Shown one piece after another: positions 42,389-53,345 of a stretch of DNA of 64,000 bases; the stretch's first letter is position 1; each line of letters starts with the position of its first letter. The position numbers were made by a program, and so were the translations under genes. The stretch comes from Trichormus sp. ATA11-4-KO1 (GTDB lineage Bacteria > Cyanobacteriota > Cyanobacteriia > Cyanobacteriales > Nostocaceae). Where the stretch lies: positions 1-64,000 of the forward strand of contig JAHHIM010000019.1 in assembly GCA_019358915.1 (NCBI GenBank), written 5' to 3'. The notes beneath the pieces were generated by a model, which saw only the letters and a program-made list of their open reading frames with translations, had not been told where the DNA came from and did not search any database.

Positions 42389-43864
42389 ATGAAAGCAATT
42401 ATGGTAGTGGGAACAACATCCCACGCAGGGAAATCACTAATTACTACAGCTATTTGTCGCATTTTGTCGCGGCGTGGTTGGCGAGTGGCTCCCTTTAAAG
42501 GTCAAAATATGGCTTTGAATGCTTATGTCACTGCCAATGGGGGAGAAATTGGCTATGCTCAAGCAGTACAAGCTTGGGCCGCAGGTGTTGTTCCTTGGGT
42601 AGAAATGAACCCAATTTTACTCAAACCCCAAGGGGATATGACATCCCAAGTCATTATCAAAGGTAGACCTGTAGGCAAAGTTAGAGCTTCAGATTATTAC
42701 GAACAATATTTTGATTTGGGTTGGCAAGCAATTGAAGAATCTCTCAAACATTTATCCACAGAATTTGATTTGCTAGTCTGTGAAGGCGCAGGTAGTCCGG
42801 CGGAGATTAATCTCAAGCACCGCGACTTGACTAATATGCGAATAGCAAAGTATTTAAATGCACCAACAATATTAGTAGTTGATATTGATCGTGGTGGAGC
42901 TTTTGCCCATGTAGTCGGGACTCTAGAGTTACTAGAACCAGACGAACGCGAATTAATTAAAGGTATAGTAATTAACAAATTCCGGGGACAGCGATCGCTC
43001 TTGGAACCGGGGATAAAATGGTTGGAAGAACGTATTGGTATCCCCGTTGTTGGTGTTATACCTTATTTTCAAGAAGTATTTCCCGCAGAAGATTCCCTTG
43101 ATCTGTTGGAACGTAAATCTTACAAAAGCAATACAGACCTGAATATCGCCGTTATTCGTTTACCTAGAATTGCCAACTTTACTGACTTTGACCCCTTGGA
43201 ATCGGAACCAACGGTGTCAGTAAAATTTCTTAGTCCCAAGCAAGATTTAGGACATCCCGATGCCGTAATTATCCCAGGGACGAAAACCACAATCACTGAT
43301 TTACTACTACTGCAAAAAACCGGGATGGCAGAAGCGATTCAACACTATGCCGCTTCTGGTGGTACAGTCTTGGGTATTTGTGGTGGCTTCCAAATGCTGG
43401 GGCAAATGATCGCCGATCCTGAAGGAGTAGAAGGACAAGCCGGCAGATTTCAAGGACTAAATCTCCTACCCATTAGAACTGTAATTACAGGACAAAAAAT
43501 TGCCCGCCAGCGCCAAGTTAGCTCAAATTATCCCCAGATGGGTTTACCAGTGAATGGCTTTGAAATCCACCAAGGGCGATCGCGCATCGAACAACAAGGA
43601 GATAACCAAGCTTACCAACCTTTATTTGATGATGTTAATTTAGGGTTAGTGGATAGTTGTCAATCCGTTTGGGGTACATATCTCCACGGGCTGTTTGACA
43701 ATGGCCCTTGGCGGCGTGCTTGGTTAAATCGCCTGCGTCAACAACGAGGTTTAAAATCTTTACCAACTGGTGTTGCCAATTATCGGGAACAGCGAGAGCA
43801 GATTTTAGACTCCCTCGCCACGGAAATTGAAAATCACTTGGATTTAACACCTTTTTTGTCTTAG
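42389..43864 (+). CDS. cobQ: Cobyric acid synthase
   Basis: GTTSHAGKS, PFKGQNM, EGAGSPAE, GICGGFQMLG, GTYLHG. Confidence 0.97.
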   Translation: MKAIMVVGTTSHAGKSLITTAICRILSRRGWRVAPFKGQNMALNAYVTANGGEIGYAQAVQAWAAGVVPWVEMNPILLKPQGDMTSQVIIKGRPVGKVRASDYYEQYFDLGWQAIEESLKHLSTEFDLLVCEGAGSPAEINLKHRDLTNMRIAKYLNAPTILVVDIDRGGAFAHVVGTLELLEPDERELIKGIVINKFRGQRSLLEPGIKWLEERIGIPVVGVIPYFQEVFPAEDSLDLLERKSYKSNTDLNIAVIRLPRIANFTDFDPLESEPTVSVKFLSPKQDLGHPDAVIIPGTKTTITDLLLLQKTGMAEAIQHYAASGGTVLGICGGFQMLGQMIADPEGVEGQAGRFQGLNLLPIRTVITGQKIARQRQVSSNYPQMGLPVNGFEIHQGRSRIEQQGDNQAYQPLFDDVNLGLVDSCQSVWGTYLHGLFDNGPWRRAWLNRLRQQRGLKSLPTGVANYREQREQILDSLATEIENHLDLTPFLS

Positions 43865-43879
43865 CTAAACTAGTGTTTC

Positions 43880-44119
43880 ATGAATATTCGTGTCCGCTTT
43901 TTGCCAGATGATATTACTGTTGATGCCGAAGTGGGGGAAGCCCTTTTGGATGTAGCTGAACGGGCTGGGGTATTTATTCCTACTGGTTGTCTTATGGGGT
44001 CTTGTCACGCTTGCACAGTGGAACTTGAAGATGGTGAAGTTATCCGTGCTTGCATTTCCGCAGTGTCGCCAGGACAATCAGAAATGATTATAAATTTATA
44101 CAGTGATCCAACTTGGTAA
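43880..44119 (+). CDS. Small 2Fe-2S ferredoxin-like protein
   Basis: GCLMGSCHAC...RAC. Confidence 0.9.
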   Translation: MNIRVRFLPDDITVDAEVGEALLDVAERAGVFIPTGCLMGSCHACTVELEDGEVIRACISAVSPGQSEMIINLYSDPTW

Positions 44120-44150
44120 ATATCAATCTTCTTTGTGTCTCATTGTTTTT

Positions 44151-44378
44151 ATGGTGAAAATAACCACAAAGATTCGGGAACTCAAGCAAATGCTTCGCCA
44201 AAGTGGTTTTACAGAACTCCCAGGCAAAGGAAGTCATACTAACTGGGTGCATCCCTTATATGCTGGGAAATTCACGCTTTCAGGAAAAGATGGAGCAGAT
44301 GCTAAATTCTACCAAGAGAATGGTGCAAAACAAGCAATTGAGGAAGTTAAAGGGAAAAGACAAGATGAGTCATCTTAA
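44151..44378 (+). CDS. hicA: HicA family toxin
   Basis: KIRELKQML...GF...GKGSH...HP. Start uncertain. Confidence 0.85.
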   Translation: MVKITTKIRELKQMLRQSGFTELPGKGSHTNWVHPLYAGKFTLSGKDGADAKFYQENGAKQAIEEVKGKRQDESS

Positions 44379-44583
44379 GTACAAAATGATTATTCAATGG
44401 TCAGAGGAAGACAATTGTTTCTTGGTAGGATTCCCAGATTTTCCCGGACAACAATGGCGAACTCATGGGGAAACTTACCAATTAGCCGTAGCCAACGGCA
44501 TTGAAGCCTTAGAATCTCTAATTATTGCTTATGAAGCTGCGGGCGATTCACTACCAGAACCAACAGTGTGTAACGCCGCATAG
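44365..44583 (+). CDS. hicB: HicB family antitoxin (short form, 72 aa)
   Basis: YKMIIQWSEED, FPDFPG, THGETY, LPEP. Overlaps the hicA stop. Confidence 0.88.
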   Translation: MSHLKYKMIIQWSEEDNCFLVGFPDFPGQQWRTHGETYQLAVANGIEALESLIIAYEAAGDSLPEPTVCNAA

Positions 44584-44632
44584 TTGAAGTTTTTTTGTTG
44601 AGTAAAATAGCTAAGGTAATTTAAGAACTACG

Positions 44633-45079
44633 CTAGCTATTTGACTTGACATTCAAAGCATATGCTTTAAACCTTTCCAAATCCGCCTGAATTGTGGACT
44701 CTACCACCCGTCCTAAAAACAAGTTATCCATAATTTTGCCAAGAATACCTGGGATGGCGTAAGAAACAGTCATTTTGACAATACTACTACCGTGGCGATC
44801 GTAAAAACGAATTGCGCCCTGATTCGGTAAACCATCAACTGATTCCCATTGGATGATTTGGTTAGGTACAACTTTGAGAATGCGGGATTTCCATTTAAAT
44901 TCCAGACCGCCAGTACTCAATTTCCAAAGTGATATATCTGGATCATCGGGCGAAATCTTCACTGAATCAATCCACTTCATCCAACGAGGCATTTGCTCTA
45001 AGTCAGACCAGAGGCTCCATACTAAGTCTATCGGAACATCTACTTCTATCTGTACACTATGCTCTAACCAGTCTGCCAT
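44633..45079 (-). CDS. SRPBCC/polyketide cyclase family protein
   Basis: WSDLEQMPRWM, IQWES, DLERFK. Downstream of zds. Confidence 0.9.
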   Translation of the reverse strand: MADWLEHSVQIEVDVPIDLVWSLWSDLEQMPRWMKWIDSVKISPDDPDISLWKLSTGGLEFKWKSRILKVVPNQIIQWESVDGLPNQGAIRFYDRHGSSIVKMTVSYAIPGILGKIMDNLFLGRVVESTIQADLERFKAYALNVKSNS

Positions 45080-45118
45080 TTTCTTCCTCCGCGTTCTCTG
45101 TACCTGGTGCGGTATAGG

Positions 45119-46558
45119 TTATTTCTTGACGTTCTCCAGAATCACTTTTGCCGCACGCCGTCCGGAAATGGTTGCTCCCTCCATACTGTCGATGTAGTCT
45201 TGTTGTGTATAACTACCAGCTAAAAAGAAATTAGGTATTGGCGTTTTTTGGTGAGGACGATATACATCCATCCCTGGTGCTTCCCGGTAGAGAGACTGCG
45301 CCAGTTTTACCACGCTATACCAAGTCATATTCAATTCCCGCGATGAGGGGAATAATTCGTGAACTTGCTTGAGGACGTGTTGGGCGATCGCCTCATTATT
45401 TTGTTTAATAAAAGGATCTCCTGGTGTTAGTACCAACTGTAACAACGACCCTTGTCCTGGACGATAATAATCACTAGGACTAGTCAAAGCCAAATCAGCG
45501 AAGCAAGAAAAATCAGCATCGGCGGTATACAGTAAATTATCTATCCCGGCTGCATGATTTAGCTGTTGGCGTTGCTCTGCATCTTGCAGTTCTGTCACCC
45601 AGCCATCAAATCTCAGCTGCACTGTGGCTACTGGTACGGCCTCCAATTGATAAATATTGTCAAATTCTGCCCATTTGCGCCATTCTTGGGGTAATATTCG
45701 CTGTACTCCTGGAACATCGCCAGCAAACACGTAGGCATCAGCCGTAATAGTTTCTACTGTGTCACCTTCAGCAACTATGATGCCTGTGACGTGAGTTTCT
45801 TCACCTGACTCGGTAAATTGAATTTCCCGTACTTGTCGCCGAGTGTAAACTTTAGCGCCTCTGGCTTCCAGATATTTGAGTATCGGCTTGTGTAAATATT
45901 CATCTGGAGAACCTTCCAGCATCCGCAAAACTGAAGCTTCGGTTCTCGCGGCAAATAACTGAAAGATAGTTAACATACAACGGGCAGATATATTGTCACA
46001 ATCAATAAATCCCAAAGCATAAGCAATGGGATTCCACATGCGCTTGATGCTACCTTCACTACCTCCGTGACTGCGGAACCATTCAGCAAAGCTAATTTTG
46101 TCTAAGTTGCGGATAGTTTTCATCGCCCCATTGAAATCTACCAACCCCCGGACTATGGGACTAGTACCCAAGGCGATCGCATTTTGCAATTTATCTTGTA
46201 ATGACAGTTGAGAAGTCGTAAAAAATGCTTTTAATCCATTAAAAGGCGCACCTGTCAAGAAGCGAAAATCTAAAGCGCCGGTGCGGCCCCCTTTATTAAT
46301 AAAAGTATGAGTATGTTGTTTGAGGCGTAAATTTGACAACGCCCCCACTTTTTCCATCAAGTCAAATAATTGGTAGTAGCACCCAAAAAATACATGCAAC
46401 CCCATTTCAATATGGTTGCCATCATGATCAACCCAACTACTGACTTTACCACCAACAAACGGACGAGACTCAAAAATCTGGACTTCACAGCCAGCATCAG
46501 CTAAATCTACAGCAGTTGCTAGCCCCGCCAGTCCCGCACCTACTATTGCAACACGCAT
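45119..46558 (-). CDS. zds: Zeta-carotene desaturase
   Basis: [41 protein letters not shown]. Confidence 0.96.
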   Translation of the reverse strand: MRVAIVGAGLAGLATAVDLADAGCEVQIFESRPFVGGKVSSWVDHDGNHIEMGLHVFFGCYYQLFDLMEKVGALSNLRLKQHTHTFINKGGRTGALDFRFLTGAPFNGLKAFFTTSQLSLQDKLQNAIALGTSPIVRGLVDFNGAMKTIRNLDKISFAEWFRSHGGSEGSIKRMWNPIAYALGFIDCDNISARCMLTIFQLFAARTEASVLRMLEGSPDEYLHKPILKYLEARGAKVYTRRQVREIQFTESGEETHVTGIIVAEGDTVETITADAYVFAGDVPGVQRILPQEWRKWAEFDNIYQLEAVPVATVQLRFDGWVTELQDAEQRQQLNHAAGIDNLLYTADADFSCFADLALTSPSDYYRPGQGSLLQLVLTPGDPFIKQNNEAIAQHVLKQVHELFPSSRELNMTWYSVVKLAQSLYREAPGMDVYRPHQKTPIPNFFLAGSYTQQDYIDSMEGATISGRRAAKVILENVKK

Positions 46559-47036
46559 TCCGTCCTACCTTTTCAGTTTCTTTACAGATTGTAACTGGGT
46601 TGGTGTCGGAATTGGCTATTTATGTCAACTTCACTAGGTGTAGAAGCACAATAGCACTAGGTCTTTTGGTAATAAATTTATCTTAAATCAAGAAATAATG
46701 CAGTAGTTAAGAGCCAGAATTCATGCTGAATTCTGGACGATAGGTAGATGAATCGTTGAGTTTAAAACTCTCACTAAACTGATCATTGAGTTGTTTATCC
46801 TGCGGGTTCTCCGAAGGAGTAAAATTAGGTAGTGATCTAAACCTACCTCATTGCATTCTAAATTTTGCATTCTTCTTCAATACTCCTTTAAATTCTAGAA
46901 ACTGACTAGATAAGCTTGTTCCATCGCGTCTTTACTTGGATATACAAACTTTATTCAGTAAATGTGGACTAAAAAAGCATGACAAGTATTTTCGGCATAG
47001 AAAAGTGATGACCTACGAAGCCATAAAACCATATCC

Positions 47037-47195
47037 TTACTTGCTGTCATCTGATGTAGGTAAGCCTCTAATCAGTTCACGAATTACATCTGTAGCAGGC
47101 CTACCTGTTTGCTGACAATATTTTTCCAGTTTTTCTGCTTCCTGTACTGCTAAATTGACAGTTATGCGTTTTACGGCCCATTTTTTATTAGTCAT
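47037..47195 (-). CDS. 52-aa CopG/ribbon-helix-helix transcription regulator (absent from the ORF track)
   Basis: Manual translation MTNKKWAVKRITVNLAVQEAEKLEKYCQQTGRPATDVIRELIRGLPTSDDSK: alternating strand KRITVNL, helix, G turn, DVIRELI helix. Confidence 0.88.
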   Translation of the reverse strand: MTNKKWAVKRITVNLAVQEAEKLEKYCQQTGRPATDVIRELIRGLPTSDDSK

Positions 47196-48875
47196 TATCA
47201 TGCTGTCTGCTGTATATTAACATCATCAAAAAAGCAATTAACTCAAGACGAAGACGATAAGATTATCAGAGTTTGTGTCAAGAAACAAGCAACGCCACGA
47301 GCATTAAAAATGTCCTCTTTGTCAAATGTATTGATCATTGTCCAATAAAATATAAGAATAGAATTACGCTTGTGACAGGAAAGATAGCGCACACTCTCTG
47401 GTAAAGACAGTTACACCAACAAGGTGTTCATCAAAACCTGACAATTCAATTCTATAAATGAACTTGAGATATCTACATTCACTCAATCAAGATTTCCCCA
47501 ATTATTTTTGGTAAAAAGCATTTGACCTTTTTTCCCACTCAAGGTAACTAAACATCTTTTGAGATAACATTTGCTTCCAGCTTGCAGAGTGGTACTAGGT
47601 AGGCGCACTATAGTGTATGTCTATATATGGTGAGTTATCACCTCAAAGTACCTACCAACCAGCGATCGCTATGAAGATGAAAGTAGTTTCTTTCCATCTG
47701 TCTAGTTTCATACAACTGGATACTCACCGAGCTAATGACCTCGAGTCCTAGATCAAAGGTGGTGAATTTTTCCCTTTGTTTCCACATATGCTCCGCTTCC
47801 TCTAGCCTAGAGACTAGGAACTATTCATTTGGTACGGACTACCAGCGCCGTTATCTCAATCTGATTGCTTAGGTTGACAAGTCTTGATGATCAAAGAAAT
47901 AAGAGAGGGTACAGATGCTTGAGTGTAGATAACCCATTTTTCCCAGCAATTCTTCTTAGAATCAACCACTATTTTCCACAAATTCATTAATTTGATCTTT
48001 AGGGTGTGACTCTTAACTAGGAATGATGAATTACTTTAATCTTTTTCCAGTTGATAATTATTTATCCTGACATATTTCACCAATTAATTGATTTTGTTCC
48101 GGTTTACTTACATCTCGTAGCTTATGGGAAATGGGATTTTCTTGACCTACTTATCTGATTCAACAAGTTGGATTATCTATAAATAGTTTTTTATCCATTG
48201 TTGATTTAGAAGATGTACTAAACTCCTGTATGCAAAATTAGCTGTAAATTTCTTGCTCAATTCCTCCGGAAATTAGACAAAAATCATTTGTTAGCAAGTT
48301 CCATTTTAAAGGAAAATTTGCTTCCGATTTTTCTGGTAAGGCTATTATAACCGTGATTTTTAGGCTTTAAATAATCTTTATTAAAAGGGTTTTTCCTAGG
48401 ACTTTTATTCTTTATAAAAAAAACATGAAGAAGTAGGAGTATATCTAAATTTTTAGTTAATTATGTTGACAGTTCTTAGAACATGCAGTTTTAAAAAAGC
48501 CGATTAGAGATGAAAATATCAAAATCAGTGGGTTAAACTGGAGAGAAACTCAATTTTTACCAATTTTTGGTTGAGTATTTAGTGGTTTTCACCAACTTAA
48601 TCTTCCTAGAAGGTTACCGTAAAAGCATGAAAATATACGTACTTTATGAAATTTAGATAAAGTACCGTGCTATAATATTAATACCTGGCCAAAATTTGAA
48701 ATGGTAACAAGTGGTAGTGAAAAACCACAGAGCAACACCAAATAACCACAATTTGGGTAAGTGTTTTACTTATAGCAGTTGCCAGATAACTGAGGACATA
48801 AACTGAAGATAAAACCCGAACACCAAGAGACTTTCAAGCTTGTTCCCTGCTATATCTGTGGTGACTGTGTGAATT

Positions 48876-50513
48876 TTATTCCAATTGAAATTGCGGCATG
48901 AGTTGGAGAGTACCGAGACCTAAATCTTTAGGTGAAAGCGATCGCGCCTCAAACAAAGCCATCATATCTCGCATTTGAGGATTACCACGGGAAGCTCCCG
49001 TCAGTCCTTTGGCAATGATCAAACCACAGTAGCCCTTGGTATTCTTACAGCGCTGATTCCATTTTTTGCGGGCTTCTATATGAGTGGGGTCATCATCTAA
49101 AAATTCACCGAATAAAAACAATTCATCATTTTGAGTTTGCAACAAACCCAAGTCATAGCGATCGCCATCGAAAGGATCAGCACCTGGATTAAAGCAAATT
49201 GCTTTAAGTCCGCCAGCCGCCTCAATATTTTCAATTACAGTTTTAGCTTTGGGGCGGGAGGTTTGAATTAAAATTACAGGTAATCCGTCACCAACTTTGG
49301 GAATTTCACCAGCTTGATGATATTTAACTCCTTGACGCAGGAAATCCAGCATTTCCCAAGACATGACTCCCAGACTGAGGAAAGAGTCTTCTGGGATCAA
49401 GTCATCTCGCAAGGAACGAAATACAGGTGAGTTTTGCTCCCCCATCTCTAACTCTGGGACACCAAAACCTGCCATTTCCTCTAATTCTGCTGCCAACTGC
49501 GGCATGGTAGAGACAGTTACGGACACGGATTTAATTGATATTGTCTCTGATTCAGGCAGAGAAATGCGATAGCGACGGCTGAGACTGGGAAAGTTCTCAT
49601 TCTGAAGCTGGCGGCGATAATCGCGGATAAAGCGGCTAAGGCTCTCTAGAGCAACGAAGACTGCAAGTGCCTCCTCATCATACAAAACAGACCGCAGTCC
49701 TTCTAAAGGGTGTATATTCCCGAAAGTTGGTTCAATTTCTGATCTGGGTAAATCGACTAAATCATCCTCATCTTCGTCGATGTCGTCCTCATGCTCAAAG
49801 GTGAGAAACAGGCAATCTTGCTTGAGAAAAGCTTCTTCTAAACGCCCTTGTGATTCGTCATCCCGTAAAACTGCTGCCCGAAACTGCTTGAGAGAATCTT
49901 CAGAGCGATAAAACAAAATTCCGTACTCCATCCCCAGCATTCCCATCACTGAGGCGTAGAGTGTACCAACATCCCATTTATTAATCTCTATTGACAAGAT
50001 TTGCTGTTCTTCCAAAAATTCCCAAGGTGCTGCTTGCCAAAGTGCCAAGGCTTTATCATGTAAAACTTGTGCATATTGTGGAGGTAAATCGGGAATTTGG
50101 CTATCGAGGACTTCGCTAAACCCACGAAACAGTTCATCAATCAAGGGCAATTCTGGGGCGTAATCAATGGCAATATCCAAATCTTGCAACACGCCGCGCA
50201 AGTAAAACTGAATTTCCCGGTCTTTGACCACAATTTTTTGGGGTCTGGCGGGTTTACCTGGACTATGGGGATGTTCCATTGCCCGCATTAAAGTGCGAAC
50301 AATTGCTTCCGGCCCTGTTTCGGGGGGTACCACGTCCATTCCGCGTACAACACCTTGTGAACCATCTACCCAAAGAATACATTCACCTTTTGCCTCTGAG
50401 TCTGAATGCTGGGCTGGTGATGATGACATTGGACGGCGATCGCCCTCCCATACAGAAGGAATTTGAGTTAATGTCTTCAATCGACGACTGGTAGAGCGAT
50501 TAAAACTTGTCAT
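48876..50513 (-). CDS. Conserved cyanobacterial hypothetical protein
   Basis: 545-aa acidic ORF with no motif I can assign to a function. Confidence 0.85.
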   Translation of the reverse strand: MTSFNRSTSRRLKTLTQIPSVWEGDRRPMSSSPAQHSDSEAKGECILWVDGSQGVVRGMDVVPPETGPEAIVRTLMRAMEHPHSPGKPARPQKIVVKDREIQFYLRGVLQDLDIAIDYAPELPLIDELFRGFSEVLDSQIPDLPPQYAQVLHDKALALWQAAPWEFLEEQQILSIEINKWDVGTLYASVMGMLGMEYGILFYRSEDSLKQFRAAVLRDDESQGRLEEAFLKQDCLFLTFEHEDDIDEDEDDLVDLPRSEIEPTFGNIHPLEGLRSVLYDEEALAVFVALESLSRFIRDYRRQLQNENFPSLSRRYRISLPESETISIKSVSVTVSTMPQLAAELEEMAGFGVPELEMGEQNSPVFRSLRDDLIPEDSFLSLGVMSWEMLDFLRQGVKYHQAGEIPKVGDGLPVILIQTSRPKAKTVIENIEAAGGLKAICFNPGADPFDGDRYDLGLLQTQNDELFLFGEFLDDDPTHIEARKKWNQRCKNTKGYCGLIIAKGLTGASRGNPQMRDMMALFEARSLSPKDLGLGTLQLMPQFQLE

Positions 50514-50826
50514 AGAGTAAGTTAATCAAAACGAAGCAATTTAGAAGTAAACTATGGGGAATGACTAGCCTCGGATCAAATTTTCCTGGCTATGCCTGAA
50601 GAGTGGTTGCAACTCAGGTTGCCACAAGGCTTAAATTCCCAAAAATCCCGAATCCCTCAATTCTAGAATAAAAATCTTTGGCTACTTTTGACGGAGTGTT
50701 TACAATTTGGCAACTAGCGATTTGTCAATACCGCTAGAATAAATACAAAAACTGAAGGGCAACCCAAGGGCAATAACAAGCCTAGACAGGTTACTGGTTA
50801 GACCACTTAAAGGAGTTGAAAAACAA

Positions 50827-51183
50827 ATGACACAAGCAACTCAGTCTCAACAACGTGGAATTCAACTGAGTGAATCCGCCTTGCGCCAAGTCAAATCCTT
50901 GCGGGAAAAGCAAGGCGAAGAACTGTGCTTACGAGTAGGAGTACGTCAAGGTGGTTGTTCTGGGATGTCTTACATGATGGACTTTGAAGACACCAGCAAG
51001 ATCACCCCTCAGGATGAAGTTTTTGACTATGATGGCTTCAAAATTGTTTGTGATGGCAAAAGCTTATTATATCTCTATGGCTTAATGCTCGATTACAGCG
51101 ATGCCATGATTGGTGGTGGCTTTCAATTTACGAACCCCAATGCAGCTCAAACCTGTGGTTGCGGCAAGTCATTTGGAGTGTAA
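50827..51183 (+). CDS. iscA: HesB/IscA family Fe-S assembly protein
   Basis: [22 protein letters not shown]. Confidence 0.93.
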   Translation: MTQATQSQQRGIQLSESALRQVKSLREKQGEELCLRVGVRQGGCSGMSYMMDFEDTSKITPQDEVFDYDGFKIVCDGKSLLYLYGLMLDYSDAMIGGGFQFTNPNAAQTCGCGKSFGV

Positions 51184-51255
51184 GATTGTCAGTGGTCAGT
51201 TGTCAGTTGCTATTGACGACTGACTATTGACTATATGATTATTAACTAATTTACT

Positions 51256-51678
51256 ATGGCTCAAACAGTTGAGTTCCTGTTTGATACAGGTTTAGAACGC
51301 TACAAAGCTGGCGAAGCAGCAGAATCTTTAATCCCTGTATTTAAAGAAGTGTGCGATCGCGCTCCGAAAACTAGTTCAGCGTGGATTTGTTTAGCTTGGT
51401 TGTATTTGCTGGAGAACAAACCCAACTTGGCTTACAAAGCAGCACAGAAAGCAGTAAAGTTAAATCCACAAGATCCACAAGCTAGGATTAATCTCGCCTT
51501 AGCAATGCTAGAAACAGGTCAAAAGGGTTTGCGACAACACATTGATTTTGTCAAACAGCTAATTTTTGTCAGCCCAGAAGTTCAAGATGAAATCAAAGAT
51601 AGCATTGCCGACGGTTTAAATAGAAAACCAGATTGGCAGAGTTTGGCGAAAGTTAAAACTTGGCTATTTGAAGAATAA
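51256..51678 (+). CDS. Small TPR-like protein
   Basis: AWICLAWLYL...AVKLNPQDPQARINLA. Confidence 0.85.
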   Translation: MAQTVEFLFDTGLERYKAGEAAESLIPVFKEVCDRAPKTSSAWICLAWLYLLENKPNLAYKAAQKAVKLNPQDPQARINLALAMLETGQKGLRQHIDFVKQLIFVSPEVQDEIKDSIADGLNRKPDWQSLAKVKTWLFEE

Positions 51679-51756
51679 TTAAAGTTTATTGGGGAGTAGA
51701 TGCACAGAAGTAGAGGATAAAGAAGAAATAACTTGACTTCTACTCCCTACTCCCTG

Positions 51757-51999
51757 ATGAAAGATAAATTATTAAACTGGCTAAATTTGATTTTAGTTGC
51801 TGATGTATTCTTAGTGTTATTAGGCTTTGGTTGGTTAGCGATCGCAGCGATGGGTGATGCTGCGGGAGTAAATCTGGGTTTAGATTTATGGCATCAACTT
51901 TGGATGCCTGTATTTAACCCAGCAATTGGTATCCTTATGGGTGGCGCTATTCTTAGCGGTTTGATTAGTTGGGTATCTCGCAAATTTTCGGCTGATTAA
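51757..51999 (+). CDS. Small two-TM hypothetical membrane protein
   Basis: Two hydrophobic helices, LWMPVFNPAIGILM. Confidence 0.8.
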   Translation: MKDKLLNWLNLILVADVFLVLLGFGWLAIAAMGDAAGVNLGLDLWHQLWMPVFNPAIGILMGGAILSGLISWVSRKFSAD

Positions 52000-52005
52000 A
52001 GGTAT

Positions 52006-52233
52006 GTAGTGAGTTAGCGCGGTCTTGGGGGTTTCACGCCACTTCCTTCAACGGGGGTTCCCCCCGCAACGGAGTGGCTCCCCCGCCGCAGGATGCGCGC
52101 AGCGCTGTAGTGGAGCAAGTGGCGTGGTTTCCCCCATGAGCGACTAACGTAAAGCCCTGACGGGCATAGCTGCGCGGTAAGCGCAGCGTGCCGGAGGCAT
52201 TACCCGTAGGGTAAGGACTTCAGTCCTCACTAC
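52006..52233. repeat. Nested cluster of small GC-rich palindromic repeats
   Basis: Outer palindrome GTAGTGAG...GACTTCAGTCCTCACTAC split by about 200 nt of further hairpin units. Confidence 0.85.
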
Positions 52234-52251
52234 GAGCTAATAAAAATTATT

Positions 52252-53172
52252 CTAGTTAAGAATTTGTGTGAGCGCTGATGGCAAATGAGGATATTGATAC
52301 TCAAAGCCTGCTTCTAAGGTACGCTGAGGAAGCACTTGTTGACCTTCTAAAACTACCATCGCCCCATCTCCCAACAGAGCTTCTAGAGCAAAAGCTGGTA
52401 CAGGTAACCAGGAAGGGCGATGCATCACTTCCCCCAAAGTTTGGCTTAAATTTACCATACGTACTGGGTTAGGGGCAGTGGCATTATATACGCCTTCCAT
52501 TTCTGGTTTAGTTAAAGCTTGCAGAATCAGGCTGACTAAGTCGTCTAAGTGAATCCATGAAAACCACTGCCGACCGCTACCAATAGGCCCACCAGCAAAC
52601 AGTTTGAACGGTGTAATCATTTTGCCTAAAGCACCACCATTGCCCAGGACAATGCCGAAACGCAGAATTACAAGACGCACACCAGCATCTTTAACTTTTT
52701 GTGCTTCTGCTTCCCAAGCTTGGCATACTTGGGCGAGAAAATCATTACCAGATGAACTCGTTTCATCAAAGGTAGCGGTTTCGCTAGTGCCATAGTAGCC
52801 AATAGCTGAAGCATTGACTAACACACTGGGGCGAGGATTAGCCTTGGTTATAGCTTCAACTATTTTCTGTGTGCCTAGCTGGCGACTATTGAGGATTTTC
52901 TGCTTTTGTGCTGGTGTCCAGCGTTCCTCAGCAATGGGTTCTCCTGCCAAATTAACCACACCATCACAACCCGCGATCGCCTCTTGCCAAGAACCAGATA
53001 CTGTCGGTGTATAAGCAACAATTTCTACATGAGAAAAAGCCCCAGGGGGAAAAACCTTTTGGGCAAAGGTAGTGTTACGGGTTAACACCAGTACTCTATT
53101 ACCATCCTTGTGGAGTCGTTCTACCAAACGACTACCGACAAATCCCGTTGCTCCAGTAATTGCTACCTTCAT
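52252..53172 (-). CDS. thyD: TIGR01777 family NAD-dependent epimerase-like protein (ThyD type)
   Basis: TGATGFVG, VNLAGEPI, SAIGYYG, GRQWFSWIH. Confidence 0.85.
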   Translation of the reverse strand: MKVAITGATGFVGSRLVERLHKDGNRVLVLTRNTTFAQKVFPPGAFSHVEIVAYTPTVSGSWQEAIAGCDGVVNLAGEPIAEERWTPAQKQKILNSRQLGTQKIVEAITKANPRPSVLVNASAIGYYGTSETATFDETSSSGNDFLAQVCQAWEAEAQKVKDAGVRLVILRFGIVLGNGGALGKMITPFKLFAGGPIGSGRQWFSWIHLDDLVSLILQALTKPEMEGVYNATAPNPVRMVNLSQTLGEVMHRPSWLPVPAFALEALLGDGAMVVLEGQQVLPQRTLEAGFEYQYPHLPSALTQILN

Positions 53173-53345
53173 CTGCACCTCCACCAAACCCTTATTTTAA
53201 AGTCTTTTAGCGAATTTTTAACTGGCATTACCTTCCTCTGGGGTGATAGCAAAATTTTAGTTCTTTAAATGAATCTATAATGATTTACCGTTTCGATGCT
53301 TCGATATTATAGGATGAACGGAGTGTTGTAAGGGGTGGGGCTACT

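Noticed and set aside
46712..46880. Degenerate dispersed repeat upstream of zds (CCAGAATTCA/TGAATTCTGG hairpin, CTCCGAAGGAG)
   Set aside because: It looks repeat-derived, but there is no second copy in the window and the boundaries could not be set.
48265..48270. TCCGGA (heterocyst DIF-type -35 motif), also at 58110-58115
   Set aside because: A 6-mer is expected by chance and no convincing matching -10 element was seen.
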